Source: Candidatus Latescibacterota bacterium
GTDB lineage: Bacteria; Latescibacterota; UBA2968; UBA8231
Direction: 5' to 3'
Assembly (NCBI GenBank): GCA_965205655.1
Contig: CBDBIJ010000110.1
Coordinates: 35,784 to 99,783 of the forward strand
DNA length: 64,000 nucleotides
The notes under the pieces are model-generated. The model saw only the letters and a program-made list of their open reading frames with translations, had not been told where the DNA came from and made no database searches. Below are positions 1-9,238 of the stretch, in pieces (position 1 is the stretch's first letter; every line of letters begins with the position of its first letter). The position numbers and the translations under genes are program-made.

Positions 1-318
1 AAGAAGGGTGTTCGGGTCGGCCGATTCTCCGCTCGTCGAAAGCAGGAGGCGGTGTTGCGCCTGCTGCGTGGGGAGGACCTGGAGGTCCTGTCCCGGGAGT
101 TGGGTGTGATGGCAGCCACGCTGAGTGAGTGGCGCGAGCAGTTCCTGGGTGGGGGTGAGTCAGCTCTGCACAGCCGTACCCGTGATGAGCGGGATGAACA
201 GATCGCCCGCCTGAAAGCGAAGGTGGGGGATCTGACGATGGACAACGAGTTGCTGGAGTCCAAGATCCATCGCCTGGAGGATGGACTCCCTTTGGCATCC
301 CGGAGGTCGAAGCGATGA
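1..318 (+). CDS. IS3-family transposase OrfA (HTH/leucine-zipper part), 5' end outside window
   Basis: Frame 1 is open from nt 1 (KKGVRVGRFSARRKQEAVLRLLRGEDLEVLSRELGV..TLSEWREQFL) with a coiled-coil tail. Its TGA overlaps the orfB ATG (ATGA, 315-318), the usual IS3 orfA/orfB layout. Confidence 0.8.
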   Translation, partial: KKGVRVGRFSARRKQEAVLRLLRGEDLEVLSRELGVMAATLSEWREQFLGGGESALHSRTRDERDEQIARLKAKVGDLTMDNELLESKIHRLEDGLPLASRRSKR

Positions 319-1223
319 GCCAGACCCAGTCGCCCTCCAGGAAGCGGCCGTACAGGCTGCAGCGTGTGTGTCGGGTCTGGCAGTTTCCTCGCTCCACCGT
401 CCACGAGCATCGGCGTCGGGCGGCTCTGCGTCCGGAGGAGCGTCTTGAGCGGAAGAAACGAGGTCCCCAAGGGCCGTGTACCGACGATGAGCTAGCTGAG
501 AAGATTCGCGAGTTGCTGAAGGCGTCCCCCTTTCACGGGGAAGGCTACCGCAAGATGTGGGCCCAGCTGCGGGCGCAGGACATCCGCACCTCGAAGGAAC
601 GCGTACGCCGTGTGATGCGCGAGCACGGCCTGCAGGTGCCGCAACGCGCCGGCCAGCCAAGGGGCCCGCAAGCACACGACGGGACGATCACCACCGAGCG
701 ACCAGACCAGATGTGGGGAACCGACTTGACCACCACCGTGACCACCGGCGAAGGCACAGCTACGGTCTTCGTGGCTGTCGACCACTGCAGCTCGGAGTGC
801 ATCGGCATTCATGCAGCGGCCACAGGCGACCGTTTCGAGGCCCTGGAGCCGATCCACCAGGGAGTCCGCGAACACTTCGGCGGCGGCGACAAGGGTATCG
901 CCGGGGGGCTGCAGCTGCGCCACGATCATGGCTCTGCGTACATGTCCGACCACTTCCAGAAACAGATCGACTTCCTGGGCATCGAGTCGTCGCCCAGCTT
1001 CGTGCGTGCCCCGGAGGGCAATGGCTGCTCCGAGCGATTCATCCGCACCCTCAAGGAGAATCTCCTGTGGGTCCGATACTTTGCCACGGTCGAAGAGCTC
1101 CGTCTTGCCCTGCTCGAATTCAAGAGAGTCTACAACGAGAAGTGGCTCCTCGAGCGACACAACTATCAGACGCCAAACCAGGTGCGCCGGAGCTTCCAGC
1201 AGGAGTTGTCCAAGGCGGCCTGA
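315..1223 (+). CDS. IS3-family transposase OrfB (rve / DDE integrase core)
   Basis: 302 aa. Motifs 'QMWGTDLT', 'VAVDHCSSECIG', 'LRHDHGSAYMS', 'PEGNGCSERFIRTLKENLL' and 'YNEKWLLERHNYQTP' are typical of the IS3 OrfB catalytic domain. Confidence 0.9.
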   Translation: MSQTQSPSRKRPYRLQRVCRVWQFPRSTVHEHRRRAALRPEERLERKKRGPQGPCTDDELAEKIRELLKASPFHGEGYRKMWAQLRAQDIRTSKERVRRVMREHGLQVPQRAGQPRGPQAHDGTITTERPDQMWGTDLTTTVTTGEGTATVFVAVDHCSSECIGIHAAATGDRFEALEPIHQGVREHFGGGDKGIAGGLQLRHDHGSAYMSDHFQKQIDFLGIESSPSFVRAPEGNGCSERFIRTLKENLLWVRYFATVEELRLALLEFKRVYNEKWLLERHNYQTPNQVRRSFQQELSKAA

Positions 1224-1301
1224 CCATCCGTCAAATCAGTGTCCAGAAACCCAGGGCTTTACAGTGCCGTTGGAAAGATAGTGCCGGGATTTGAGTGACC
1301 T

Positions 1302-1348
1302 AACAAAACAGGCACCTGCGGAATCCATGGAAAAGCTCCGCAGGTGCC
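1302..1348 (-). terminator. Rho-independent terminator after the tRNA-Arg pair
   Basis: Perfect 12-bp stem GGCACCTGCGGA/TCCGCAGGTGCC (1311-1322 / 1337-1348), followed on the minus strand by TGTTTTGTT. Confidence 0.6.
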
Positions 1349-1370
1349 CGTCACTTGTACTGCTTAAAAC

Positions 1371-1447
1371 TGGCGCACCCAGTAGGACTCGAACCCACAA
1401 CCCCCTGATCCGAAGTCAGGCGCTCTATCCAATTGAGCTATGGGTGC
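1371..1447 (-). tRNA. tRNA-Arg(TCG), CCA encoded
   Basis: Reverse complement GCACCCATAGCTCAATTGGATAGAGCGCCTGACTTCGGATCAGG...GGTTCGAGTCC..TGGGTGCGCCA. Cloverleaf with anticodon loop CTTCGGA. Confidence 0.9.
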
Positions 1448-1465
1448 CTTCGGCGTGTATGTGTT

Positions 1466-1542
1466 TGGCGCACCCAGAGGGACTCGAACCCCCAACCTTC
1501 TGATCCGTAGTCAGGCGCTCTATCCAATTGAGCTATGGGTGC
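1466..1542 (-). tRNA. tRNA-Arg(ACG), CCA encoded
   Basis: Same backbone as the neighbouring tRNA. Anticodon loop CTACGGA. Confidence 0.9.
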
Positions 1543-1592
1543 GTGGAGACCTCAGATCTGTTCCGGCGCGGAAGAAAAATAAGCCGAAGTCC

Positions 1593-2804
1593 TCAATTCT
1601 GCCAGGGTCGTTGCGACAGCTGTGGTGGAGCGCCGAGCGCCTCCAGGTACTTGTAACCGCTACCCGTATTGAAGAGCACGATCCTGTCTCCTTCGTCGAT
1701 GAGCTTCTTCTCCTGCAACCGGCGCACCGCCGCCAGCGTGGCCCCTCCTTCAGGGCAGGCGAAAATGCCGGTGTGACGCGCGAGCTCGTGCGTGGCCGCC
1801 ACGAGCTCCTCATCGGAGACGGCGACGGCGCAGCCGCCGCTTTGCCGTAGCGCCGACAGCATGAGGAAGTCGCCCACCGCTGCTGGTACTCTCAGCCCGG
1901 AGGCGATGGTGTGAGCATTCTCCCACGGGCGTGCAACCTCCGCACCTTCCTCGAAGGCGCGGACGATCGGGGCGCACCCCTCGGCCTGGACAGAGACCAT
2001 CCGCGGTCGGCGCGAGTCGATCCAGCCCATGCGTTCCATTTCGTCGAAGGCCTTCCACATGCCCACGAGACCGGTACCGCCTCCGGTGGGGTAGACGACT
2101 ACGTCCGGCAGCACCCAGTCGAACTGCTCCGCCAGCTCGTATCCCATCGTCTTCTTGCCTTCGAGTCGGTAGGGTTCCTTCAGTGTGGAGACATCGAACC
2201 AACCCTCAGCGGTCTTGCGTTCGGCCACGATCGCACCGCAATCGCTGATGAGGCCGTCCACCAGCTCTACGTGGGCGCCGCAGCTGCGGCACTCGACCTG
2301 AAACGCCGCCGGCGTGTCGGCTGGCATGAAGACGTGAGCTTCGAGATTGGCGGCGGCGGCATACGCCGCCAGCGCCCCCCCTGCGTTTCCGGCTGTCGGA
2401 ATCGCCAGTCTTCGGGCGCCCCGTGCAACTGCCGCGGTGACCGCCGCCGAGAGGCCTCGTGCCTTGAACGAGCCGGTGGGGTTGAGCGATTCGTCTTTGA
2501 CGTAGAGCGATCGGAGCCCGAGCTCCCGGCCCAGACTCTCCGCGTGGTGCACGGGGGAGAACCCCTCACCGAGTGAGACTATCTCCGCCAGCGCGCCGGC
2601 TTCATTTGATACCGGGAGCACCTCCCGATAGCGCCACATGTCTTCGCGCCGTCCGCGGAGTTCGCTCTTGCGTAGCGTCCCTTTGATTGCGTCCAGATCG
2701 TAGCGGGCGAGGAGCGGCGCGCCCTCGTCCGAGAGGCTGTGCAGCTCGTCGGCGTCGTAGCGTTTGCCGCTGCGGGAACATTCGAGATGCGTGAGATAAC
2801 TCAC
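1593..2804 (-). CDS. thrC: threonine synthase
   Basis: 403 aa. PLP-lysine motif 'NPTGSFKARG', 'VYPTGGGTG' loop, N-terminus 'HLECSRSGKRYD'. GTG start overlaps the nadD stop (GTGA 2801-2804). Confidence 0.85.
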   Translation of the reverse strand: MSYLTHLECSRSGKRYDADELHSLSDEGAPLLARYDLDAIKGTLRKSELRGRREDMWRYREVLPVSNEAGALAEIVSLGEGFSPVHHAESLGRELGLRSLYVKDESLNPTGSFKARGLSAAVTAAVARGARRLAIPTAGNAGGALAAYAAAANLEAHVFMPADTPAAFQVECRSCGAHVELVDGLISDCGAIVAERKTAEGWFDVSTLKEPYRLEGKKTMGYELAEQFDWVLPDVVVYPTGGGTGLVGMWKAFDEMERMGWIDSRRPRMVSVQAEGCAPIVRAFEEGAEVARPWENAHTIASGLRVPAAVGDFLMLSALRQSGGCAVAVSDEELVAATHELARHTGIFACPEGGATLAAVRRLQEKKLIDEGDRIVLFNTGSGYKYLEALGAPPQLSQRPWQN

Positions 2805-3385
2805 TGTCTGTAGAGCCCTTTCGAGTGGATGTACTCCTCGACACTGTCGGGCACCAACCAGCGAACCGAGAGCCCGTCGCGCAGTCGACGGCGGATATCC
2901 GTCGACGAGACCTCAACCACTGGCGTTTCCACGAGCAACATTTGCTCGGCGAGGTCCGGATCGGCGGCGCGATCGCCGGTGACTCGAGAGCCGACGACGA
3001 CGGTGCACAGCTCCAGGATTCCGGCCGGGTCGTGCCACGTTGCCATGTCGGCGACGTTGTCGGCACCGACGATGAGAAACAAATCGGCACTGGGGTTCAG
3101 TGCGCGCAGCTGTTTCAACGTGTCGACGGTATACGACTTTCCAGGTCGCTCCATTTCGACGCGGCACCCTTCGAAGTGATCGACGCCCTCGATCGCCAGC
3201 TCCAGCATCGCCCACCGATCATCGGCGCAAACGATATCGACGCGATGGTCTTTGTGCGGCGGGTCCGCCGCCACAACGAAGAGCACCGTGGTCAGAGACA
3301 GTCGCTCGTAGACGAACTGGGCCAGCAGGAGATGGCCTGTGTGAATGGGATCGAAGGTGCCGCCGATGACGCCGAGGCGTTGCAC
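2801..3385 (-). CDS. nadD: nicotinate-nucleotide adenylyltransferase
   Basis: 194 aa. 'GGTFDPIHTGHL' (HxGH) and C-terminal 'SSTDIRRRL' motifs. Confidence 0.9.
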   Translation of the reverse strand: MQRLGVIGGTFDPIHTGHLLLAQFVYERLSLTTVLFVVAADPPHKDHRVDIVCADDRWAMLELAIEGVDHFEGCRVEMERPGKSYTVDTLKQLRALNPSADLFLIVGADNVADMATWHDPAGILELCTVVVGSRVTGDRAADPDLAEQMLLVETPVVEVSSTDIRRRLRDGLSVRWLVPDSVEEYIHSKGLYRQ

Positions 3386-3388
3386 CGG

Positions 3389-4159
3389 TCATTCTCCTGG
3401 GGGTTGATCGAGATCGGAACGCCATATCAGGACGTCTCGCCTGAGCTCCTCATCCTCGCATTCGTCGATTACCTGGTCCCAGTAGAAGCGCGCTTTGTCG
3501 ATGTTGCTGTCCCTTCGCTCGACGTCACCGAGTTGCGCCATGCCCCGATAATAGATCCACGACACGTCGGGATACTCTCTGAGCAACAGCTCGTAGGTGA
3601 TCCGCGCCGCCTCCAGGAACCCCTGCCTGCGGTAGAGGTGAGCCGACTTGAACTGCTTTTCGGCGAGCCGCTCGCGACAGGCGGCGATCCGCTCGCGGGC
3701 GTCCCCGACGAGTGGGCTGCCGGGGTTGTCGTCGATGAATCGGTAGAAGTGCCGGAGCGCTTCGTGAGTCTCCTGTTGGTCGAGTTCGGGGCGGCGCATC
3801 TGAATGAAGTACGACTCGGCAGTCTGGAATTGGGCCTTTGCCGACCAGCGACAAGTGGGGTAGGCGTCCACGAGTCGCTCGTATTCGAATACGGCGTTCA
3901 CGTAGTCTTCCATCTGGAAGTAGGCCTTGGCTAGAAAAAACTGGGCGTCGCAAATCAGGACCGACCCCGGAAAGTTGCTGACGACTCGCTGGAAGTGTTC
4001 CACCGCCTCGAAGTATCTCTTGCGCTCGAGCGCCCGCTGCCCCTCATCGAAGGAATATTGAGCGCCCCTGAGATTCCGAGCTTGATTCTGGCCGCCACAC
4101 GACGCCAGCAGCGCCATCAGCCACAGCAGACTCACATATTTTTGGTAGGACCTTGGCAT
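3389..4159 (-). CDS. bamD: outer-membrane protein assembly factor BamD-like lipoprotein (TPR)
   Basis: Signal peptide with lipobox 'LLASC'. TPR-like repeats 'YFEAVEHFQRVVSNFPGS..AQFFLAKAYFQMEDY'. Envelope gene context. Confidence 0.75.
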   Translation of the reverse strand: MPRSYQKYVSLLWLMALLASCGGQNQARNLRGAQYSFDEGQRALERKRYFEAVEHFQRVVSNFPGSVLICDAQFFLAKAYFQMEDYVNAVFEYERLVDAYPTCRWSAKAQFQTAESYFIQMRRPELDQQETHEALRHFYRFIDDNPGSPLVGDARERIAACRERLAEKQFKSAHLYRRQGFLEAARITYELLLREYPDVSWIYYRGMAQLGDVERRDSNIDKARFYWDQVIDECEDEELRRDVLIWRSDLDQPPGE

Positions 4160-4190
4160 TCCCGCTCACCGAACGACTGTCGTCGTCCTT

Positions 4191-4856
4191 CTATCGTTTT
4201 GAGAAAAAAAGGTAGACCAGCGTTCCAAGGAGGGTTGATACGATCGCCGGCTCGACGAACTTGCCCCAGCTCTGCTCCTCCATCTCTGTGTTGGCGAATT
4301 CGTAGCGCGAATTCTGGAGCACTTCGAGTCTCTTTTTCGGAATTCGGTCACCCACGCGCTCGCTGGCCTCGTGCTGCCACAGCACCTCCCCATCGACGAA
4401 ACGGCTCACTTGCAAGTTGACGGAGATGCGACACTCGCGCTTGATGTGATCTCCCATCAGTCCGGACCAGCCCAGAATACCGAGGTCGATAATCCGGTAG
4501 GACAGGCGAGCATCAACGCCTTCCGTCGACGATGAATCGATAGTGACCTCGAAGCCGCGGCCGAGCATTTCCTCCACCAAAAGGTGCTCGACCAACCAGT
4601 TGGCATCGTGCTCCGACTTCGGCTCGATCAGTAGCGGGTCATCCGCCGTCAGCCCCACCTTACCGGCTTCGAGATTGCGAACGGCTTCGTCCACCACCGC
4701 TTTCGCCGTCTCTACCAGCAGGTCCATGTTGGTGGCTACTGGCTCGGCGCCTCCCAGACGACACGGGATCGTCGCGGCGAAACACACGAAAAGAATCGCC
4801 ACGCTCACGCTGGTCCGGGCTCGGGGGCCGGTCCTCATATCGACGTTGCCGGCCAC
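4191..4856 (-). CDS. hypothetical envelope protein (N-terminal signal/anchor, C-terminal TM helix)
   Basis: 221-aa ORF packed between cpoB and bamD. Hydrophobic N-terminus and C-terminal 'FVEPAIVSTLLGTLVYLFF'. No family recognised. Confidence 0.5.
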   Translation of the reverse strand: MAGNVDMRTGPRARTSVSVAILFVCFAATIPCRLGGAEPVATNMDLLVETAKAVVDEAVRNLEAGKVGLTADDPLLIEPKSEHDANWLVEHLLVEEMLGRGFEVTIDSSSTEGVDARLSYRIIDLGILGWSGLMGDHIKRECRISVNLQVSRFVDGEVLWQHEASERVGDRIPKKRLEVLQNSRYEFANTEMEEQSWGKFVEPAIVSTLLGTLVYLFFSKR

Positions 4857-4908
4857 CGCTGAGGTGACGAAGCTGCAGACAAAGGGAGTCGGGGAAGGAT
4901 AAGCCAGA

Positions 4909-5616
4909 TCACCTTGGACCCTTCAGGTAGGTCATCTCCTTCCGAGCCTCGTCGAGGTATTCGCTTTCAGGGTATTCGTCGAGAAGCTTCTGGAAGGCCA
5001 GCAGGGCATTGTCCTTCTCGCCCAGCGCGAGATAGCAACGAGCGATCTTTAGCTGTGCGTCGTCGCTTTTCTCGGTCTTGGGATAGGCGAACACCTTGGT
5101 GAACTCCGTGAGAGCCTGACGAAACTTGCCGAGACCGTAATAGCACTCCCCGGTCCAGTACTGGGAGTTATCGGCCAGGTTGCTGTAGGGTGCCATCGTC
5201 AGGATCTCTGCAAACTGGCCCAGGGCCTTGTCGTGCTGGCGGTTGCTGTAGCTGTCTCGGGCGATGCGGTACTTGTGTGGCGCGTCGAATTGACTTGGTC
5301 TGAACACGACGGGGTCCGGTGATCTGGGCGCCGCGGCGCCGGCTCCCAGCGTGTCCAAACGGCCAGCGATGGATCCAATCCGCGCCTGCTGCTGCTGCAA
5401 TTCGCGCTGCAGCTGTGAATTGCTCTCCTCGGCGGAGCGGAGGCGCTCTGCCATTGCCCGCTTTCGCTCGTAGGAAGCGTCGACGGCGCGTTTGAGGGCG
5501 TCGATCTCTTCGCGCAAATCAGCGGTCTGCGACTCCTCCATGTCCGCCGGACGTTGTCCGGCGCAGGCGAACAAACCCAGACCCAGAGTTATTGCTAGCG
5601 CCGCCACTCGTCCCAT
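4909..5616 (-). CDS. cpoB: Tol-Pal system protein CpoB/YbgF
   Basis: Signal peptide, ~70-aa coiled coil, C-terminal TPR 'NSQYWTGECYYGLGKF...AQLKIARCYLALGEKDNALLAFQKLLDEYPES'. Confidence 0.75.
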   Translation of the reverse strand: MGRVAALAITLGLGLFACAGQRPADMEESQTADLREEIDALKRAVDASYERKRAMAERLRSAEESNSQLQRELQQQQARIGSIAGRLDTLGAGAAAPRSPDPVVFRPSQFDAPHKYRIARDSYSNRQHDKALGQFAEILTMAPYSNLADNSQYWTGECYYGLGKFRQALTEFTKVFAYPKTEKSDDAQLKIARCYLALGEKDNALLAFQKLLDEYPESEYLDEARKEMTYLKGPR

Positions 5617-5620
5617 GCTG

Positions 5621-8377
5621 CTATTTGCTCTCGACGCGAAAGACGAGGTCCTCGGGAGGGTTGGCGGCGAAGTCTTCGCAGCGATCGGCGTAGAGCGCTG
5701 ACGGCCCGTCAGTAGGATCGACTTCGAGAGCTTGTTGGAAAATCTTCTGCGCCTCAGCGGACTCGAATTTTTCGTAGGACTCCAGGCCGCGATTGAAGAG
5801 CTCGAGGACGTTGCTCTTCTGACTGCTCAATTCCCCCTTCCGTTCCAGCACCTCATAGGCGGTAACGGGCTCTTCCTTGCCGACCACCCGAATGAAGTCG
5901 AGCCGGCGAGTCTCGACGATATCGTCGACCGCCGTGTGAATCGCCTCGTTCACCATGATGCCGGTGCCATACAGCTTCTGGCCGCTCTCGAATCGCGCCG
6001 CCAGGTTCACCGTATCGCCCATCATCGTGTAATCGGTGCGCGCCCGTGAACCCATATTGCCCACGACCATCGGACCGGCGGTGAGCCCCATCCGCACATG
6101 TGCGAAAATTCGCCCCTGTTTATCCCACCGGTCCCACAGTTCGTAGAGCGCCGGCGGCAGCGATTTGTCGGCTTGCCACCTCTTTCTCGCCTCGACCAAC
6201 GCCCGTTGCTGGTCGATACAGGAGAGGCAGCCGCGCACGGCGTGATCGTCCATGTAGACGGGGGCCCCGAAAAAGGCGAGGATGGCGTCGCCCTCGAACT
6301 TGTCTATGGTTCCGCCGAAGTCTTCGACGATTTCGCACATCTCGCTGAGGTAGTCGTTGATGAAGCCCACCAGCTCCGCGGGCGTGAGGCACTCGGAGAT
6401 GGTGGAGAAGCTGGCCACGTCGGAGGAGAACGACGTCATGACCCTCTCTTCGCCGCCGAGCTGATTGATCATGTCGGGGTTGTTCATGATCTGATCGACG
6501 ACGGCCGGAGCCAGGTAGTGCCCGAAGGCACCCTGCACGAAATCCTTCTCTTTCTCCTTGATGACATAGCCGTAGATGGTGATGGCGAGGTATCCCACGA
6601 CGAGAGTCGCCATCGGCGCCACGACCTCCATCCAGTAGAGGGCGTGAGTGAGGGCGAAGAAGGCGACCAGGATGTATAGGATGACCGCTGCGCCCACCAG
6701 GAAAGCTCCTGCGAGCACCCTCAGGCGGGGAACGACGAGTGACAGCAGAACCCCGAAGGCGAGAATGATGACTGCGTCGACCCAGAAGGGCATTCGATGA
6801 ATGAAGAGCCCTTCTACGATGGTGTTGACGACGCTCGGATAGATCCCGACCATCGGGTAGTCGCCCTGAAACGGCGTCACGTTGAGGTCCTCCGTTCCGG
6901 TGCCGGTGAGACCGTAGAACAGGACCTTGCCAGCCACGCTCTCCGGCGTGAGCAGGTTGCCCTTGTACATGCTGAGACGGAAGTAGTATAGCGGCCTGGA
7001 GCTTTGGGGCACGGTGCCGTCCACCAGCAGTGAGCGGACGAACTCGGCGCTCTCCGCAACGAGTGTTGGATCGTAGTCCGGAAGAGCCCGAAGCAGATCG
7101 GTGACAGCGGTATCCTGATTCTCAGCGAGCAGGTCGGCGAGCCGATTGTTGAGGGCGATCTGTTCGACCATCGCCACCTGCTCCTCATTCGGGTCGCTCA
7201 TACCCTTCTTCTTCCAGAACTCAACTGGATCCACGTCGCCGGAGTGCTGCTGAACCTCCTGCTCGATGAAACGAGCTCTGAAATAGCTGATGATCGATTC
7301 CTGGATCTTTGCCGGTTCGTCGAACCCCTCTTCGGCGAGTGCACCCATCAGAAGGTTGGGATCGCGCGCATAGTGCGGTTGCTCGCTGACGATTCGCTTG
7401 AGGCGGGTGAGGATCTCCTGCTTGGCAGCCCACCGCAACCCGATGTGGGGAAAGTGGACGAATGTCTCGTCCCAGCGGCCGACCCAGTTGACGATCATGT
7501 TTCCTTCATCATCAATCGGGATGTCGATCGTCCGGCGGCCCTCCGACGTCTGCGCGTTGGGGAGGCGTACGTGCTCGCCCGGCGTCACCTCGACGCTGGA
7601 GACGGGAACTTGGAGGTAGTCGCAGGCTGCCACGAGCGGCAGTGCGGGAAACAAGTCGTCGCCGTATTGATAAACGAGCGGGTAGCGGCGCCGCGTTCCA
7701 TCGACATCAGCGACGGTCTGGGCGAAGGCGAATCCCCTCGCCGCGTCACGGAGGATCTTCAGTGGCGGAACGAAGTCTTCGATCCGCGCGATCGTGCTCG
7801 CCGCGGGAGACATGCCCTTGGGGAGCTTGGGCGAGTTGGCGCGAATCCATTGAAGCGCCTCTTCCTTGTCGGGGGTTCGGCCTACTGTCTCGTCGCCCCA
7901 CACCGTGAACTGAGCGAGATAGACATTGTCGGCCGCTTCGATGGTTTCTTTGAAATGGCGGTCGTAATCCGCGTCGCGCAGGAGCGCCGCGACCGAAGCG
8001 CTGTCGATGCTCGACAAACGCGAGATCTCGCGTTCTGAGACCACGCGCGAAGACGGCTCCGTGAAGTAGACGTCGAAAGCGACGGCCTGGGCACCGAACT
8101 GACTCAGCACCGATATGACATCGAGATATTTGTCGCGAGTCCAGTCTTGGTACCTACCCTCTGCCTCGATGCTCTTGTCATCGATGTCGATGGTGCCGAG
8201 GCGCGGGTCCATGGGCGGCATGCCGAAAACACTGTTGCGAATGTTGAGTCGCCAGTCATAGCTGAGCAACTCGGCGCGTTCGTAGGCCTTCGTGAGCGTA
8301 AACAGCAAGACGAGGATCCCCACGAGGGGTCCGATGAGTCGTTCGAGAGCTGAGGCTCGGTTCGCTTCGGCGGCCAT
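5621..8377 (-). CDS. CHASE2-domain class III adenylate/guanylate cyclase with C-terminal TPR
   Basis: 918 aa. N-terminal TM helix plus a large periplasmic region, a TM bundle (aa ~540-620), cyclase core 'DKFEGDAILAFFGAP...MGDTVNLAARFES', TPR tail. Confidence 0.9.
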   Translation of the reverse strand: MAAEANRASALERLIGPLVGILVLLFTLTKAYERAELLSYDWRLNIRNSVFGMPPMDPRLGTIDIDDKSIEAEGRYQDWTRDKYLDVISVLSQFGAQAVAFDVYFTEPSSRVVSEREISRLSSIDSASVAALLRDADYDRHFKETIEAADNVYLAQFTVWGDETVGRTPDKEEALQWIRANSPKLPKGMSPAASTIARIEDFVPPLKILRDAARGFAFAQTVADVDGTRRRYPLVYQYGDDLFPALPLVAACDYLQVPVSSVEVTPGEHVRLPNAQTSEGRRTIDIPIDDEGNMIVNWVGRWDETFVHFPHIGLRWAAKQEILTRLKRIVSEQPHYARDPNLLMGALAEEGFDEPAKIQESIISYFRARFIEQEVQQHSGDVDPVEFWKKKGMSDPNEEQVAMVEQIALNNRLADLLAENQDTAVTDLLRALPDYDPTLVAESAEFVRSLLVDGTVPQSSRPLYYFRLSMYKGNLLTPESVAGKVLFYGLTGTGTEDLNVTPFQGDYPMVGIYPSVVNTIVEGLFIHRMPFWVDAVIILAFGVLLSLVVPRLRVLAGAFLVGAAVILYILVAFFALTHALYWMEVVAPMATLVVGYLAITIYGYVIKEKEKDFVQGAFGHYLAPAVVDQIMNNPDMINQLGGEERVMTSFSSDVASFSTISECLTPAELVGFINDYLSEMCEIVEDFGGTIDKFEGDAILAFFGAPVYMDDHAVRGCLSCIDQQRALVEARKRWQADKSLPPALYELWDRWDKQGRIFAHVRMGLTAGPMVVGNMGSRARTDYTMMGDTVNLAARFESGQKLYGTGIMVNEAIHTAVDDIVETRRLDFIRVVGKEEPVTAYEVLERKGELSSQKSNVLELFNRGLESYEKFESAEAQKIFQQALEVDPTDGPSALYADRCEDFAANPPEDLVFRVESK

Positions 8378-8458
8378 CGACAGATCCTGAGTATCTGGAT
8401 TGACACACGTACGACGGCTGTCAGCGACGCTTCACGCCGTGACAGATGGGTGGGTCAA

Positions 8459-8487
8459 ATTATAATGGAGGAGCGGAAAAATGGCCA
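8459..8487 (-). promoter_or_regulatory. candidate sigma70 promoter of the cyclase gene (TGGCCA-N17-TATAAT)
   Basis: Minus-strand TGGCCAtttttccgctcctccatTATAAT, ~80 nt upstream of the start at 8377 and just after the upstream terminator. Confidence 0.35.
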
Positions 8488-8519
8488 CACTGAGGGTAGG
8501 GGCATGACTTGACCGTCAT

Positions 8520-8551
8520 AAAAAAAACCGGCCGAGTTACTCATCGGCCGG
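8520..8551 (-). terminator. Rho-independent terminator of the 8621-9130 gene
   Basis: Stem CCGGCCGA/TCGGCCGG with an 8-nt loop, followed on the minus strand by U8. Confidence 0.75.
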
Positions 8552-8620
8552 CCTTCACAGCTTTGGAACCGAATGAATTCACATGATCGAGGTCATTCCT
8601 CCGTCATCAACCGGAAGAAT

Positions 8621-9130
8621 CTACTTCAGCGCCGCGAGCCTGTCCCGAGCCTTGCCCGCGAAGCCGCTCTTGGAGTGCTCCTTGGTAACCTGGCCGTAGT
8701 AGTCAGTGGCCTCGGCTTTCTTGCCGATCTTCTCGTAGCATTGCGCGATGAAGAACTTCTGTTTCGCTACATTGGGTCCCTTCGGGCTCTTGGCGACCGC
8801 CTTCTTGAGGGAATCGATCGCCTTGCTGAGCTTGTCCTGGCTCGGATAGCGCTTGGCGCCCTTGTAGTAGAGCTTGTCGAGGACCTGGTCCACGGCGCCG
8901 CGCACGCCGGCGACCGTCACCGTCTTCTGCAACTGGAGCGATTCCTGTTTCACCATATCGTCCACCTGGGTCCATATGGTGTTCATCCAGTCCTCGTCGA
9001 AGGCCTTCGATTTTGACTGCTCAGTACCAGCGGCTTCGGTCGCTGCCTCCTTTTTCTCTTCCAAAGCGCTCGTGGAGATGGCGCTCAATGCGATAAACGA
9101 TGCCGCGAAAGCGAGTGCAAACAGTTTCAT
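8621..9130 (-). CDS. small secreted Lys-rich protein with TPR-like C-terminus (hypothetical)
   Basis: Signal peptide 'MKLFALAFAASFIALSAIS'. SD GAGGAGGAGGG upstream. More AT-rich than its surroundings. Confidence 0.6.
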   Translation of the reverse strand: MKLFALAFAASFIALSAISTSALEEKKEAATEAAGTEQSKSKAFDEDWMNTIWTQVDDMVKQESLQLQKTVTVAGVRGAVDQVLDKLYYKGAKRYPSQDKLSKAIDSLKKAVAKSPKGPNVAKQKFFIAQCYEKIGKKAEATDYYGQVTKEHSKSGFAGKARDRLAALK

Positions 9131-9238
9131 GATTCTTCCCTCCTCCTCGTGGCCTGCAGCTGAATCGAGAATTGTCTGAGACGAGACTTTCAGTCTCGTC
9201 CCTCTGCTGATATCATCGGAAAATTCCGCTCAGTTGAC

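Larger units (their letters stand above)
1..1262 (+). mobile_element. IS3-family insertion sequence, left part beyond window; right end not resolved (somewhere 1224-1300)
   Basis: orfA/orfB pair. No left inverted repeat is available for comparison, so the right boundary is a guess at a ...CA terminus. Confidence 0.5.
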
